From a virus: 64,000 nt of DNA. The translations under genes and the position numbers were made by a program. Shown here one piece after another: positions 18,202 to 28,800 of the stretch; position 1 is the stretch's first letter, and each line of letters opens with the position of its first letter. Below the pieces are notes generated by a model. It was not told the DNA's origin. It saw only the letters and a list, made by a program, of their open reading frames with translations, and did not search any database. The DNA is taken from positions 66,679 to 130,678 of the IMG/VR virus record IMGVR_UViG_3300042305_002533, one strand, 5' to 3'.

Positions 18202-20691
18202 ATGACGATGGAGTTCCCCCTTTCTCAGTCCCCGCGAACCCAAGGCTTCCAGATGCCCCAAGCGCCCGAGGACGAGAAAGACCTATTTACCCAGGGTTTC
18301 TCCGACCTGGCTTATCGCGCCTTCCAGAAGACGCAGCCGGAACTGGTCAGTAACGTCTTGACCTTTCGCGTGCTCGACGTTGATGCCGAGAGCGGTACGG
18401 GCATCGGCACGTTCATTCTGCAAAATGAGCAAGACATCGTCTTCGTGCCTTGTGTAGTGTCGGAAAACTCGGTCAAGCCGCTCGACCTGTTTTACTCAAG
18501 AAGCAACGACCGCTTCTACCCCTTTACAAGCGAGTGGCTCCGAGAATCGTCCAAAGACAACGTAAACCAGCTGGGCTCCGGAGTTCGCGCCCCGAAGAGC
18601 ATGCCCACAGACGTGGACATTCGTAACCTCGTCGTGCCCCCAACGACTGGGCGTTATAGCTACGCGTCGGACATGGAAGACGTCGCATGGCTTCCGTTCC
18701 TCGTAGCCGTTCGAAAAGAAAAGACGGCGGAGTTTGCCGGCGAACCTCGGTTTCTGGACCTGATCGGCGCGACCTCTAACGGGTTTAAGACCGCGTTCGC
18801 CAAAGTTCTCCACCGGCGCCCCAAAATCGCCAAGCTCTTTGCCGAATTTTACGGAGCGGAGAAGGTCGCCAACGCGATTTCGCGGCGTGAAAAAACGGCG
18901 CAGGAGCATCGGAAGGAAGTTCCGATGACAAAGAGCGTGGCGATCATGACCAACGCCACGCCCGTTGCGCAAATCAAGCGGGAGCTGAAGCCCGGAGAAG
19001 CGGCTCTGGCTTTTAAGCAGATCCGTCTCCACGGGTTTTATGTAAAAGACCCGCGCCCTGCGACCGACAGCATCTACTCGTTTGCCGAGTCAGACCTCTG
19101 CCTTCAACAGCCGACAGTTCCAGGAGTCTATAAGGTTTATTTGACGGCGGGCGGCGCCGAGCCCGCCATCATCATCCCCAAGCCGGTATCCGTGCATCGC
19201 CGACGAAGCGACGAAGCTCGCTTCCCGTATGGCTATTACCACGACGATCGCAACCGCGATTCGGGACTAAAACTTCGGCGCGGTTTCCTCGTGCTGTTTC
19301 AGGACGGGCGTTACGCGATCATGGACGACATGGTCGCCGAGCCCATCACGAACGTCGCACACAAGGAAGTGCAAGACTTCCTCGAAACGATGACTAAGCC
19401 CGCGCCGGCCAACGGGGAGTACGGCGTCCTTATTTCTGCCGACGACATGGACATCCGGGCGCTTGAGCCCATGGCGGCAGAGAACGTCGTAAGCACAAAA
19501 AACCGAACGACGTTCAATGGCGCGTACCATCACACGATCATCATGAACAAGAGCATGTCGGGTAACGGAATCGTTTACCCGCAGGACTCTGACACCCTGA
19601 TGGTGGCGGGAAGCTTTCGCTGGTTCAAGTGCGGAAAGCAGCTTGCCAACTCTGAAATTCTCGCTACGCCGGGTGCAGTCTTTCGGCTGGTTGAGTACGG
19701 GCTTCTGAAGCAGGGAGCTCAGAAAATTCTGGTAAAGAAGGCGGGCCTTAACTTCGTCGTCAACGCCGACGGCGCCGCGCTGCCTTCGCTCAAAGCCGTG
19801 GAGAAGGTCGCCAACGTTTACAACGTCAGCGTCAAAGAAGCCTCAGAGATTGTGACCCTGATCGGGGCGGGGCTTCCGATTTCAGCTTGGCGTGTAAAAA
19901 CGGCCCAGGGCGAATCACTAGATCCGAACGCACCGCCGGTTGACCCGAATGCGCAACAGGCCGCGCCACCTCCCCCACCGCCGCCCTCAGGCCTGGATCT
20001 CGCGACGCAAGAAAAGCTTCAGCAGATTCAATCTCAAATTGCTGCGCTGCAACAGATGCAGCAAATTTTGACGGAAGTTCAACAACGCGCGCAGATGATC
20101 GATCAGGGCGGCGGCGCCATGGCTGCTCCTGGCGCAGCGGCGGCCATGGCCGCAGGTCCGGGGATGATGGGCGGGCAGCCCGCCATGGCGCCTCCGGACA
20201 TGGGCGGGCAGATGCCACAAGGTCAACCGGGAATGGAGCAGGGGCAACCGGGAATGGAGCAGGGGCAACCGGGAATGGAGCAGGGGCAACCGGGAATGGA
20301 GCAGGGGCAACCCCCGCCTCCAGTCATGCCCGAGGGCCCGGTCTCCGAGCAGAACCTCGAACAACAAATGAATCCCAACTTCCTTCAAGACGCGGCATCG
20401 CTACAAGATGCTAGGATCTTCGACGCGGCCGCAATCGCCTCAATGGTCAAACAAAAAGGCATGCGGGACATCCTTCAGAACTACTTACCAAGCGTTGAAA
20501 AAGCCATGGATAACCTCGGGCGGATGCTTCTTCTTTTTTACATGAAAGAGGGAGAGATCAAGCAGCAAGTTGGCGCCGAGGTGTTTGAAGAGACCGAGAA
20601 CAAGATCCGGGACGTCTTCAGGGGCATGGGCGACGCGTTGCTCGCCCTCAAGCAGTACTCTGAGCCGCGCCTACCCGCAATGGCGCGATAA
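18202..20691 (+). CDS. large hypothetical virion-associated protein
   Basis: GAGGAG RBS before ATG 18202; KTA motifs; Pro/Gln/Met-rich C-terminal linker. Confidence 0.75.
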   Translation: MTMEFPLSQSPRTQGFQMPQAPEDEKDLFTQGFSDLAYRAFQKTQPELVSNVLTFRVLDVDAESGTGIGTFILQNEQDIVFVPCVVSENSVKPLDLFYSRSNDRFYPFTSEWLRESSKDNVNQLGSGVRAPKSMPTDVDIRNLVVPPTTGRYSYASDMEDVAWLPFLVAVRKEKTAEFAGEPRFLDLIGATSNGFKTAFAKVLHRRPKIAKLFAEFYGAEKVANAISRREKTAQEHRKEVPMTKSVAIMTNATPVAQIKRELKPGEAALAFKQIRLHGFYVKDPRPATDSIYSFAESDLCLQQPTVPGVYKVYLTAGGAEPAIIIPKPVSVHRRRSDEARFPYGYYHDDRNRDSGLKLRRGFLVLFQDGRYAIMDDMVAEPITNVAHKEVQDFLETMTKPAPANGEYGVLISADDMDIRALEPMAAENVVSTKNRTTFNGAYHHTIIMNKSMSGNGIVYPQDSDTLMVAGSFRWFKCGKQLANSEILATPGAVFRLVEYGLLKQGAQKILVKKAGLNFVVNADGAALPSLKAVEKVANVYNVSVKEASEIVTLIGAGLPISAWRVKTAQGESLDPNAPPVDPNAQQAAPPPPPPPSGLDLATQEKLQQIQSQIAALQQMQQILTEVQQRAQMIDQGGGAMAAPGAAAAMAAGPGMMGGQPAMAPPDMGGQMPQGQPGMEQGQPGMEQGQPGMEQGQPGMEQGQPPPPVMPEGPVSEQNLEQQMNPNFLQDAASLQDARIFDAAAIASMVKQKGMRDILQNYLPSVEKAMDNLGRMLLLFYMKEGEIKQQVGAEVFEETENKIRDVFRGMGDALLALKQYSEPRLPAMAR
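20224..20312 (+). repeat. 21-bp tandem repeat x4 (QPGMEQG)
   Basis: caaccgggaatggagcagggg repeated four times. Confidence 0.9.
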
Positions 20692-20702
20692 CGTGAACGT
20701 TT

Positions 20703-21413
20703 ATGCCCCCACTCCCGCCCGATCACCGTGCGCTCCGTATCATTGGCGAGGCGCGCCGGCAGGCTGAAACCCAGGCGCAAGACCCGCTAGAGCGAGAGCT
20801 TTTTCACTTCGTGAAAACCGGAGAGACCGCGTCGACGGAGCTCCGCGTTGCAGTAAATTTGTACGCCGACGCAGAGTTCCGACACATTCTTAACGCGTTG
20901 ATTTTAACCAACGCGAATGAGGAGCTAGTCACCGGTACCCTGGGCCTTCAACCGGCCAGCCTTGAGATCTACCGCCACTTTTTCTTTGACAGCACGGTAT
21001 TTGCCCACAATCTAGCTAAAACCCGCCACGTAAAGGAGTTAACCTGCTCCCCGGAGCTCAGGTATCTATACGAGCTTGCAATTGAGCGCGGCCCGATAGA
21101 ACTCCTGGACCGGTACCGAATCGGAACGCGCCCGCATATTGAGCCCGATGCGCTTATGAAAGACGCACTGGCCGACATGTGGGGCAAGTTCGTGACGCAC
21201 CGGGGGTATAGTGTCACCTCAGATACCGCAAAAGAAGCGTTGCGCTGGGGAGAAGCCGCGTTACGTACGGCCAAGGTGGTGCTTGAAACCGGTCGTGAAG
21301 AGCGCAAGGGCGCTAGCACGGTTGACGATTTGCGGATCGCCCTTGAAATCCGAAACCAAACCAAGAGCCTCGAAGACTTGGGCGTCACGGCTGACGACCT
21401 CGTCGTCGAGTAG
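20703..21413 (+). CDS. hypothetical protein
   Basis: 236-aa ORF in a contiguous + strand cluster. Confidence 0.72.
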   Translation: MPPLPPDHRALRIIGEARRQAETQAQDPLERELFHFVKTGETASTELRVAVNLYADAEFRHILNALILTNANEELVTGTLGLQPASLEIYRHFFFDSTVFAHNLAKTRHVKELTCSPELRYLYELAIERGPIELLDRYRIGTRPHIEPDALMKDALADMWGKFVTHRGYSVTSDTAKEALRWGEAALRTAKVVLETGREERKGASTVDDLRIALEIRNQTKSLEDLGVTADDLVVE

Positions 21414-21433
21414 CCTAGAATTGGATTAACGCC

Positions 21434-22252
21434 ATGCCGCAATGGGACAGCAAAAAGTTCGAAGATAAAGCCACGTCGATCGCCCGAGAATTTAACGGGG
21501 GGCGCAGCGACCTTCACGGTCTGACCGTTAAGGCGGCGCAGGCGGAAGGCCTGAATGAAGAGCAGATCCGGCGATTGGGCCGCGCCGTCAACGTGAAGGC
21601 GTTCGAGCAAAAGTTTGCGAGCCTGAAAGGCGCCAGTGATCGGATCGTTGATTTTGACCCCGTAGACTCTGAGAAAGTGATCGGAGACTTATTCGCGAAG
21701 TCGCCCGCGTCTGAGAAAAAGGCTGCTGCGGTTTATCCAGATCTGTCGGACGAACTTCGCCCCGAGCGGGGCTGGTCTCCGGAGTACGAAAAAACCGCTA
21801 GTGTGAATATTCTCAACGAAATGTACCAGGTTGTCCCTAAGGACCCGCCGCTCGAATCGCAGATCACGCACTGGCGAAAAGTGGCGGAGGAGCTACGCGT
21901 CAAGCGCGCAGGGGCTGAGATGCGTTGGGACGACGCCATGGAGGCGCTTTCCTCGCACTCAAAGCGGATCTATTGGGACCGCGACGAGTTTGAAAAAGAC
22001 GCCCTGGCGCTCCACGGGGGCGCGGTGCTTTTTGAACTCAACGCCCTTCGTAAGACGGCCAAGCTTGCGCCGCTTCCGGCCACATTTGAAGACGCAGAAA
22101 AATTGGCAGCACAGCTGTTCGGGCAAGAGAGCGAAGACACGCGCCTACTGAAGACTGCGCAGGAAGCGCGAGCGGCCTACATGAAAAGCGAAAAAGCTTT
22201 GAAAGTGGCTAGCGAAAAAGTAGCAGCCTTGACTGCCGAGCTCTTGAAATGA
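21434..22252 (+). CDS. putative head internal/scaffold-type protein (KxA-rich)
   Basis: Helical, with EKKAA, EKTAS, RKVAE, EKLAA, LKTAQ and EKVAA. Confidence 0.7.
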   Translation: MPQWDSKKFEDKATSIAREFNGGRSDLHGLTVKAAQAEGLNEEQIRRLGRAVNVKAFEQKFASLKGASDRIVDFDPVDSEKVIGDLFAKSPASEKKAAAVYPDLSDELRPERGWSPEYEKTASVNILNEMYQVVPKDPPLESQITHWRKVAEELRVKRAGAEMRWDDAMEALSSHSKRIYWDRDEFEKDALALHGGAVLFELNALRKTAKLAPLPATFEDAEKLAAQLFGQESEDTRLLKTAQEARAAYMKSEKALKVASEKVAALTAELLK

Positions 22253-23826
22253 AACCCGAGACAGAATTCCTTCTTCAGTACATGCAGAAAGACGCCGGTG
22301 TCGCTGCGCAAACCGCGCAGGGATTAAGCGGTGCTTTCCAGTCGGCAAGAAACATCTTACGCGGCCAAAAAAGCCTACGCGCAGAGCAAAAGGCAATACA
22401 AGACTATCAAAAACTTACCGGGGCGTTGCCCGAAGGCGTTAAGAACGTCGACCAAAGCACGCTAGGCCAGAGGCTACAGGGGCTTGCCGAGGCTGCGCGC
22501 GGCGGTTGGACTCAAGGGCGCGGCACGCAAATAAAGGCAGAGGCTGCAGCTGCGGAAGCCCGGCAGCTTGCTAAAGCCCAAAAGGCAGAAGCCGGACGTG
22601 CCGCCAAAATACAAAAAGCAGAGGCGCGGCTTCAAGAAGTAAGCCCACAGTACCAAAGAGTTAAACAAGAAAACCAAGAGATTGAAAATGCGCTTTCTGA
22701 GCTCAAGGCGCGACGCAATGTTCGGGCGGCTGCTGAGCCTGCAGCTCTGCCCCCACGTCTGCCAGCGCCCGCTTCTCAGTCTTCTGGGCCAGCAATAGGG
22801 CCGGCGCCTGCGCCTGCTACGCCTATTGCTGCGCAACGGCCAACGCAGGTAGTAGCAAGGCGCGAAGTCCCGCAAGCCATACAGCCTATTGCGGCTGCGC
22901 CTACTGCTACCCCTGTAACACCGGTAGCGCCGACGCCTGCTGCACCCGCGCCTACGCCTGCGCCTACGCCGACGCCTGCTGCACCCGCGCCTACGCCTGC
23001 GCCTACGCCGACGCCTGCTGCACCCGCGCCTGCGCCTGCGCCGACGCCTGCTGCACTCGCGCCTGCGCCTACGCCGACGCCTGCTGCACCCGCGCCTGCG
23101 CCTACGCCTACGCCGGGTGCGCCGCGCCGTGTACGTCGCCGTGAACGCCGCCCCCACGCTGCTGCACCTGCTGCACCTGCTGAGATCGCTGAGACCGCTG
23201 AGACCGCTGAGACCGCGGCGCAGCCCAACCCGCCTGGAGAAATAACGGCACGCGGACTAGTGGCGGGGTCGGCGCTTACAGGCCTCGGATACATGGGCGT
23301 TCGCGGGCTTCAAAATTCCGGCGAACAGAAGGCGCGAGGGCAAGACTACATGAGAAACATGCAACACAACATGATGGCCCCGATGCCCTCAATGACGGTT
23401 ACGGCGAGCTACGAAAAGTTCGCTAGCGAAAAGCTAGCGCTTGAGCCGCCGATCGTATACGGGACCAATGCCGCCGTCGCTAAATCACTAGCCGACGCGC
23501 TTGGTCGAAAGCTCATCGAAGCGCCTATCGACGCCCTTCACGAGTCCGTCAAGAAGCGGTATTACGACGAGCCGACGTGGCGAAAGAATTATAGCCAAGT
23601 CGTAAAAGAAGACCCGCTATTAAGTGAAACGCACAAGCAAAGCCCAGAGGTGCTTGCAAATGCGTTTGAAACAATCAAGCGTTTCAGCCCATCGTTGGCG
23701 AAAGACCGCCTTGCGACGCGAAGTCTTCTGCGCCACGTAACCATGACGGGCGGCGAAATGGATTTCGCCACCATGAAGATGTTGGCGGAAACTGAGAAAT
23801 TCCATCGCGAAAGCAAGGGGCGATAA
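22249..23826 (+). CDS. putative virion internal protein with Pro/Ala/Thr linker
   Basis: ATGA overlap; PAPTP repeats, hydrophobic segment, EKFAS/EKLAL then a globular C-terminus. Confidence 0.72.
   Translation: MKPETEFLLQYMQKDAGVAAQTAQGLSGAFQSARNILRGQKSLRAEQKAIQDYQKLTGALPEGVKNVDQSTLGQRLQGLAEAARGGWTQGRGTQIKAEAAAAEARQLAKAQKAEAGRAAKIQKAEARLQEVSPQYQRVKQENQEIENALSELKARRNVRAAAEPAALPPRLPAPASQSSGPAIGPAPAPATPIAAQRPTQVVARREVPQAIQPIAAAPTATPVTPVAPTPAAPAPTPAPTPTPAAPAPTPAPTPTPAAPAPAPAPTPAALAPAPTPTPAAPAPAPTPTPGAPRRVRRRERRPHAAAPAAPAEIAETAETAETAAQPNPPGEITARGLVAGSALTGLGYMGVRGLQNSGEQKARGQDYMRNMQHNMMAPMPSMTVTASYEKFASEKLALEPPIVYGTNAAVAKSLADALGRKLIEAPIDALHESVKKRYYDEPTWRKNYSQVVKEDPLLSETHKQSPEVLANAFETIKRFSPSLAKDRLATRSLLRHVTMTGGEMDFATMKMLAETEKFHRESKGR
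22925..23115 (+). repeat. degenerate tandem repeat encoding (PTPAAPA)n
   Basis: cgccgacgcctgctgcacccgcgcct-type units. Confidence 0.85.
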
Positions 23827-23827
23827 G

Positions 23828-24043
23828 ATGCTTGTTTCAAAAAACCTACGAGACACCCTTCGCTACGACGGCTACGCAAAGCTGGCTGCGCAGATCATGC
23901 GCGATCAGAACGAGTACGTTGGCGATATCACCGACTTAATGGGCGGAATCAAATCTGTGTCGGTGAAAATTGCGGTCAACCGTATGAACGAGCAAACTAT
24001 TTGGGACGGCCTTCACGCCTACCAACAGCTAAAGGGCGGTTGA
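23828..24043 (+). CDS. hypothetical protein
   Basis: 71 aa, tightly packed between neighbours. Confidence 0.6.
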   Translation: MLVSKNLRDTLRYDGYAKLAAQIMRDQNEYVGDITDLMGGIKSVSVKIAVNRMNEQTIWDGLHAYQQLKGG

Positions 24044-24044
24044 A

Positions 24045-25790
24045 ATGAAGCTGGCTGAGCTATTTCACGGCGTGAAGAACGGCGCAGTTAAAGAAAAAGT
24101 CGCGTTCTGGGGCCTGTGCAAACAAATCGCGGCGGGCCACCCGCGAGGTGTAAGCGTCGGGCTGTCCAAGATCGCCTACGAGATCTGGGCTGACGGTTAC
24201 GAACGCGGGTATAGCTCGACGCGCTCTCGTGAAGAGCGCGAAGCTTTCGCTGGCTCGTTCGGATCGGCCGTGGCCGTGGAGGGCGGCCTCGCCAAAATGG
24301 CGCAAGAGGGGCGAATTACTGACTACGACCAAATCAAAATGCTGGATTGGGTCGCCGAAAGTGCAGTAAACGACTTGGTTGAATTGACCAAGACCGCCGA
24401 CGCGATGGCGGTCTTACGCCGGCCAGAAGTGATTGGCGGCGTCCTCGGAACCGCGACGGGGGCTGGGCTTGGCGCCTGGTCGGACCCTGAAGATCGAGTT
24501 CGCGGCGCCATCGCAGGGGCCGTGCCTGGCGGCTTGGCCGGAACAGCCCTTGGGTACGGTTACCGTACGCACCAAGAAGCTTTAAAGGCGTTGGCGGACA
24601 TCGCCAAAGAAAAAGAAGTTCGCCTCGCGGAGCAAGCCGCTCAAAAAGCATTTCAAGAAAAGGAAAACTTGCTTCGCGCAGACAGGGTGGCCGACGCCTT
24701 CCATGAGGCCTTAGCGCGCGTAAAGGTAACAAACATCCCCCAACTTACGGGGTTGGCCCTCGCCGATCTGCAAGCGCACGCTGCGGCCGGACACTCAGGA
24801 CTTCCCGCCTCTGTCCGACAAGCAATGGTGGCAGCGACCCCCAAAGAGCGCCTGGCAATTGAAAAGGCGTACCACCAGCTTCTGCATACGGGCATAAAGA
24901 AAAAGGCCAGCCGCCAAAAGTTGGCCGACATTCTTCAAGGCCTCGACGAAGGCGGCCAGCCCCCGATGAACGCCGACGCCCCCATGGGCTCCGCAGAAGA
25001 GATCGGCGAAGCTCAAGGCTCCGACCCCGAGATGGAGGGGCTAAACAAAGCCAACAAGGTCGTGGACAACATGATCTTCCTGGCCAACCAGGTGAACTTG
25101 CCGCAACTGGCCCAGCAAATGGACCAGATGCGAGATCAGTTGGCTTCGCACTTCGCCGAAGGCCACGCTTATCTGCCTGCCGAGCTTCAACATCATTTTG
25201 CGCAGAGCGAGCACGCGGACGCCTTCATGAAGAAGTACAAGCAGCGTTTTGGCTCCCCCAACAGCGGTAGCAAAAAAGCTGCGAGCTTCATGGAACCCCT
25301 CTACCAGAAAGTAGACGAGCTTCGCGGGCGGGCTCCGGGCGGCATCGACATGGAAGAGGTGCGGAAACGCGTCCCCGACGCGCGGTACATTGGCCTCCAC
25401 GCCGACCCCGACGGGACGCGGCGTCCGGCGTTTGCGTCGACTTCACTAGGGCGCGTGCGCACGTGGGACCCCGCCAAAGCCCGGGCAATACGGAACGCCG
25501 ACCCAAAGGGTTTTTACTTAACCCTTGCCGGGGAAAACGTTATTAGCCCTTCTTTATTCTCACAAATATCGCCGGAGTCGAAGACTGCCGAGTACGATGA
25601 AGACGCCGGCGACTACCCGGAAATCCACCTTACCGCCGAACAGTTAGAAAACTTGACACCGGCGCACGCCCGGCATCTGCTGGGGTCTCCCATCAATTAC
25701 AGTCCTGAATCGTTTGAGCGGCTGCACGAACTTTCTCAAAAGACGTCGTCGGCTCAAGACGCCTGGCTTTCCTGGCGCACACACCGCTAA
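24045..25790 (+). CDS. modular putative virion internal protein with glycine zipper
   Basis: Modules separated by KTA, KKA and KLA; GGVLGTATGAGLG..GAIAGAVPGGLAG. Confidence 0.72.
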   Translation: MKLAELFHGVKNGAVKEKVAFWGLCKQIAAGHPRGVSVGLSKIAYEIWADGYERGYSSTRSREEREAFAGSFGSAVAVEGGLAKMAQEGRITDYDQIKMLDWVAESAVNDLVELTKTADAMAVLRRPEVIGGVLGTATGAGLGAWSDPEDRVRGAIAGAVPGGLAGTALGYGYRTHQEALKALADIAKEKEVRLAEQAAQKAFQEKENLLRADRVADAFHEALARVKVTNIPQLTGLALADLQAHAAAGHSGLPASVRQAMVAATPKERLAIEKAYHQLLHTGIKKKASRQKLADILQGLDEGGQPPMNADAPMGSAEEIGEAQGSDPEMEGLNKANKVVDNMIFLANQVNLPQLAQQMDQMRDQLASHFAEGHAYLPAELQHHFAQSEHADAFMKKYKQRFGSPNSGSKKAASFMEPLYQKVDELRGRAPGGIDMEEVRKRVPDARYIGLHADPDGTRRPAFASTSLGRVRTWDPAKARAIRNADPKGFYLTLAGENVISPSLFSQISPESKTAEYDEDAGDYPEIHLTAEQLENLTPAHARHLLGSPINYSPESFERLHELSQKTSSAQDAWLSWRTHR

Positions 25791-25802
25791 ACTAATCACA
25801 CC

Positions 25803-28800
25803 ATGCGCAAGATCTTTGAGCTCGAAGACCGGTTTGCGACAGGCGAGCCGACGATTCAACTCGTCATGTTGCCTGACGGGCGTGGAGGGCGCGTTTTTGA
25901 AAAACGGGCGTTCGACTCTGCGGCCAACTCTCCGGCCTACGAGTATCTGAAGACCGTCACACCAAAAGACGGGCACTCCATTGTTCTCGTGAACGCCCTT
26001 GGGGCCTACGAGGCGTACGACGACAATAGGAATGGCGACTCTTTTCCGGATCGCCCGATTAACATCGGCGCTCCCGTAAAGTGCGGGCACAAAAGCTGCC
26101 AGGCTGCGGCTTGGATTGCCGAAGACGAAGTGCTCTCCAAGCACTACAAGACCTTCGAGAAGTTTGGCGGAATCTACAAGCACCACGTCAACAAGGACCC
26201 GTCAAAATCCTTGGGCAAAGTGCTCAAAGCGGTCTGGAACCCCAAGATGCAGCGCGTTGAGCTGCTACTTGAAATCGTCAACGACCGCGACCAGGATTTG
26301 GCCAAAAAAATTGCCGACGGCGAATATCCCGCCGTATCGATGGGCTGCTTAAGCGCGGGCACGCCAATCACTATGGCTGACGGGCGGCGCGTCGCGGTCG
26401 AGAACATCGAAGTCGGACACCAGGTTCGGACGCACCTCGGAAATAATCACCGCGTATTCGAGCTGCACCGCCGAACGTATCAAGGCGTAATACACACCAT
26501 CAAGCCCGAAGCCGCCCCCGCCCTGGTGGTGACGCACGAGCACCCTTTTCACGTCGTGAAGAAAATAGACGTGAAAAAGCGCGACGCCAAGGGCGCCTGG
26601 GTGTGGAACCCCGAGGCGGCGCCGCAAGGCGTCTGGAAGCTCGCCGAAGAGCTCGATCCTGAAGAACACTACCTGCTTCAGCCCATCAATCGGGAAGTCA
26701 CGACCCCCTCGTATGTAACCTGGGCCTTTGCGCGGCTCCTCGGGTACTACTTGGCTGAAGGAAACGTACTGCACGATAAAAGCGAAAGGCTGTGCGGGGT
26801 AGAATTCACCTGCCACGAAAAAGATGAACTACTGCTCGAACTGCCCGACCTTTGTAAAGATCTGGGGCTCCCGGAGCCGTACATAACCCCCCGAAGCAAC
26901 AGCGCGGTGGCCAGAAGCGCGCGAGTGTTTGACGCCGGCCTCGCCGAGAAATTAGCCTTACTCGCAGGCTGCGGAGCCAAAGCCAAGAGCCTTGACGCGT
27001 CGGTCATGACCTGGGCGACGACGTATCAGCGTGCGCTATTCGGCGCGTACGCCAACGGCGACGGGTGCGGGAACAAAGACGGAAGCCTACAGGTGTCGAC
27101 GGCATCGGCCGATCTTGCAACACAGTGGCTCGACCTTTTGCCCCGTCTCGACGTCCTGGCGTCACACCAGGTCTTGAGCCACAAGCCGAACGCCCTGGTA
27201 AAAATCGCGACGACGGAACACGTCGTATTTATCGGCGCTCAGTGGGCGCAGGGGCTGCGCGATGTATGCGCGAAGGTAAAGCCCCATGAGCTAAAGGCCC
27301 GAAAAGAGGCGCGTAAGATCTTCGGAGACTACGTCGTAACGCCCATTCGCAGCGTAGAGCGCGCGGCGGGAATTATGCCGGTGTATAACTTTGAGGTCGA
27401 AGAAGATAACAGCTACGTCGCCGGGGGCGTCGCCGTTCACAACTGCCACGTCAAATGGGATGTTTGCTCCATCTGCGGCCATCGAGCTCCCACGCGGAAG
27501 GACTACTGCGAACACGCGCGAAACAAGATGCGGCAGGTTCTCTCCAACGGGGAGAAGGTCTGCGTTCACAACCCGTCGCCAAAGTTTTTCGACATCAGCT
27601 TCGTTTTCCGGCCCGCAGACCCCACGGGGTTCATGCTCAAAAAAGTCGCCTCTGCTTACGAGCTCTGGGCGGGGCCGAGCGCCAAATTGGGCGAGATCGC
27701 AGACGCGTACGAGCAAAAAATTGCCGACGCTCGAAAGCTGGGGGACATTCGAAAGCAGCTGTTAGGGCAAGTGGCCGCTGTTCGACAGAGTCCAACTATT
27801 CAGAAGTATCAGGCAACGGCAAAAGAGAACGCAAAAAATCGACAGAAGACGCCTGACAAGGACATAGCAAAGCTCTCGGCCTATCCTTTTTCAGTTGTAG
27901 CTTCAACGTTTGCGGCAAAGAACGCGGCCCTGTCTACCGGAGATGTAGCCCGCATATTTCTCAAGAAAGCGGGCGTCTCCTCCCCAGACTGGTTGATCGA
28001 CCGGATCGTGGCCGTCGAACCTGTACTAGAAAGCGTGCTAGCCCGCGCGCCGGGGCTATACGAAAAATTAGGGCACCTCGTAGAGCTCTCCGACCGCCAC
28101 ATTGAGCCAGGCCTCTACCCCATCGTTGACGCTTGGATTGAAAAGACAGCCGGGATGAGCGATTTCATTCGCGACAGCGTCCTCGGCCCTAGTGATAACG
28201 CTCTGCCAGTAGGCCCCGGCGCGCTTTATCGCGCCACCGCCCCAGCTGCCACGGACGTACTCACGATCACGGACCCCAGCACGGGGCACGTCTATCAAAC
28301 GACGCGCGGCGCTGCACAAAAGCAGCATAACGCGGACATGAAGCACAAACTTTTTGGCAGCCTAGCCTTAAGTGCGCTTTACGCTACGGCCTTGCACCAC
28401 GGGCTGAAGAAAAAGCTGCCACCTGTGCTTACAGTTCCGGCGGGGATATTTCTCGGCGTGAAAACTTACGGGCTTGGGAAAAACCTATTGAGCCCGCTGA
28501 GGAACCCGGAATACATTACCGACCAGGGAATTGCTGTGCCGGGAAACACTGAGTTCGTCAAAGCTTCGGCGTTGAGCGCCCCCGCGCTGCTCGACAAAAT
28601 TGCGTTCGATATCATTGAGCGCGTCGGAGACACCCCCGACCCAATCGCGGCCCTCCACGCAAAGATCGCGGCGCACGCTCCAAGGAGTGCGATCGCCGCA
28701 TTCTTAGGGCACCCGAGCGACGATCAGGAAAAGGCGGCGGCGTTGATTGAAGGTTTGGAAAAATTCAGCGACACTGTCTCTGAGCCCGAGCTAGACTTTC

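Noticed and set aside
22474-23294. Arg-rich and Gly/Ala-rich minus-strand ORFs
   Set aside because: Antisense readings of the Pro/Ala/Thr repeat in 22249..23826.
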